Source of the DNA: Octopus bimaculoides
Taxonomy: Eukaryota
Direction of reading: 5' to 3'
DNA: 41,239 bases
NCBI RefSeq assembly: GCF_001194135.2
Contig: NC_068990.1
Location: forward strand, 11,173,758 to 11,214,996
The position numbers were made by a program, and so were the translations under genes. How positions within the stretch are numbered: the first letter of the stretch is position 1; each line of letters opens with the position of its first letter. The notes under the pieces were generated by a model, which ran no database searches, had not been told where the DNA came from, and saw only the letters and a program-made list of their open reading frames with translations. Shown in pieces: positions 39,726 to 41,239 of this stretch.

Positions 39726-39960
39726 NNNNNNNNNNNNNNNNNNNNNNNNNNNNNNNNNNNNNNNNNNNNNNNNNNNNNNNNNNNNNATATATATACACAC
39801 ATATACATATATATATGTGTGTGTATGTATGTATGTATGCATGGATGGATGTATATTCATATATAAATACACCAAACATTGAAATATATAAGCATGTGTT
39901 CATATATATATATATGTGTGTGTGTGGATATGGATATGTAGTTATATACATTCATAGATA
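39320..39960. repeat. Extended AC/AT/GT/TATG low-complexity tract
   Basis: Direct reading. Similar tracts occur at 15385-15480, 15600-15660, 16525-16595, 16870-17170, 21000-21340, 26570-26676, 34310-34490 and 35150-35400. Confidence 0.93.
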
Positions 39961-40033
39961 GATACATTTATATGCGGTGGGAGAATTGTTTGTATGCAAG
40001 TATTTAATGTCTATCTTATATTTCATTCACAAG

Positions 40034-40097
40034 ATAGTGGGAGAAAAGAAAGAGAAAGTGCAGTGCCTGTGACCTTTGCAGACACTTGGAGACCTTG
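40034..40097 (+). other. Candidate 64-nt exon
   Basis: TTTCATTCACAAG acceptor, G|GTATGA donor, and one open frame (D)SGRKERESAVPVTFADTWRP(W). No recognised homology. Confidence 0.3.
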
Positions 40098-40288
40098 GTA
40101 TGAATATATGTTGGTTGTTACTTAAGAAAAAGTGTAATTCTGAAAAGAAATACCAACGGTTAGATTTCTAGAGAGGAAGGATTGCGTAAAATATTCACCA
40201 CTCGTCTAGCTGGAAGTGAGACAGTAAGTCTAATGAGCATAAGAAAAGCATGAAGATGAAGTAGGCCTCACTGAAGAGGTATGTAAAG

Positions 40289-40827
40289 CAGTGACGTAGC
40301 TAATAGGAGTGCAAAGGGAGCAACTGCTCTTCCCGAGCAAATTTTCAAAGTTGGCATCTTTTCAACAAATGTTTTTAACTCTTCAGTTTACTTCTGTGAT
40401 GAAAGTTGAATCTCTATTTTTTTTTTCCCCTGTTTTGTTAATCGCATGTTCTTGGAAGAACTTTCTGGAGTCATTAGTTCATCTGAGCAACCTCCCGTGT
40501 TTTTTAACTCTCTGCTCAATCTTGTGTGGTGTGTTGGTTGTCGCTGACTTCTGAAAAACTAAAACAAACCCTGACGTCATAACCTCCCGACACTGGAATG
40601 TCATCTTTTTCACATCATATCTGTATCAATAGTTCCAACTCTCATACATAAAGACATTGTTACTGAAACAGGAAATTAATGAATATATAAAATACAATTA
40701 CGTATATTATAACTAATGAAATATCTTGCGTAATATAAGAGGAATGAGTTAAAAAATTGCTTGATATGTGTCATGGCGCCTTTTTTGTGTTCGTTTCATC
40801 TAATTTGAGAATCTGGCTACCCCTCTG
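40289..40827. mobile_element. Non-autonomous hAT-like element, 539 bp
   Basis: Imperfect TIRs CAGTGACGTAGCTA and TGGCTACCCCTCTG. The flanking 8-mers ATGTAAAG (40281-40288) and ATGCAACG (40828-40835) match at 6 of 8 positions, consistent with an aged 8-bp TSD. Confidence 0.5.
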
Positions 40828-40830
40828 ATG

Positions 40831-40990
40831 CAACGGCGTATCAAGAGTGCGCCAAGGGTAGCCCTTGAGATTGCCGCCCACCACCGTATTATAAGTCAAT
40901 AAAAGCTTGTACAGCAAATCCAAAAGTGTCACCCTCATAAAAGTACCACGTGGAGCGGACTGCCTCCCTCCTCGACCCGAACTAACTCTG
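40831..40990. mobile_element. Possible second short hAT-like element abutting the first
   Basis: Starts CAACGGCGTATC (similar to CAGTGGCGTAGC) and has GC-rich subterminal blocks at both ends; no TSD found. Confidence 0.28.
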
Positions 40991-41239
40991 CAACCAGGTT
41001 GTGACATGATGGAGGCGAAGCAACTGCTCTTATCATGGCTAGTTAAGATGTAGATATACCTTCGTTGATTATTAGGTATTTTATGCGAACACACGAGGTT
41101 TCTGTGAGAGTATGCTACAGACAGACATACACACATACACAAACACACAAATTGTGTCTCTCTCTCTCTATATATATACATATAATATAGAAAAAATACA
41201 TATATTATATATACACACACACACACACACATATATATA

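Noticed and set aside
40771-41232. 153-aa minus-strand ORF
   Set aside because: It starts in microsatellite and runs through putative MITE sequence, with no domain recognised.

Overview
AT-rich, microsatellite-saturated eukaryotic DNA with 12 assembly gaps. The SINE repertoire (recognised from memory, not from a database search) points to an octopus genome, probably an intron or intergenic interval. No intact protein-coding gene is supported: nearly all listed ORFs are microsatellite or N-gap read-through artefacts, and the informative ones are pieces of dead transposons. The window is a layered graveyard of mobile elements: at least three tRNA-derived SINE families; decayed LINEs of the CR1/L2 group (three), RTE (one) and R4/Dong-like RLE type (two); a Penelope-like (PLE) RT fragment with an inverted terminal repeat; a mariner fragment; two colinear hAT transposase fragments; and several MITEs. 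The most notable signal is a cluster of type I hammerhead ribozyme motifs with the short palindromic stem III typical of PLE terminal repeats. One, at 32571-32657 on the minus strand, has every core nucleotide and perfect stems I and II. Others lie at 18211-18279, 18861-18929, 18976-19011 and 19711-19770, with two decayed relatives near 15072 and 33000. Also present are a 68-bp near-perfect palindrome, a roughly 940-bp fold-back formed by two copies of an unclassified repeat, and a few weak candidate exons of an unidentified plus-strand host gene.
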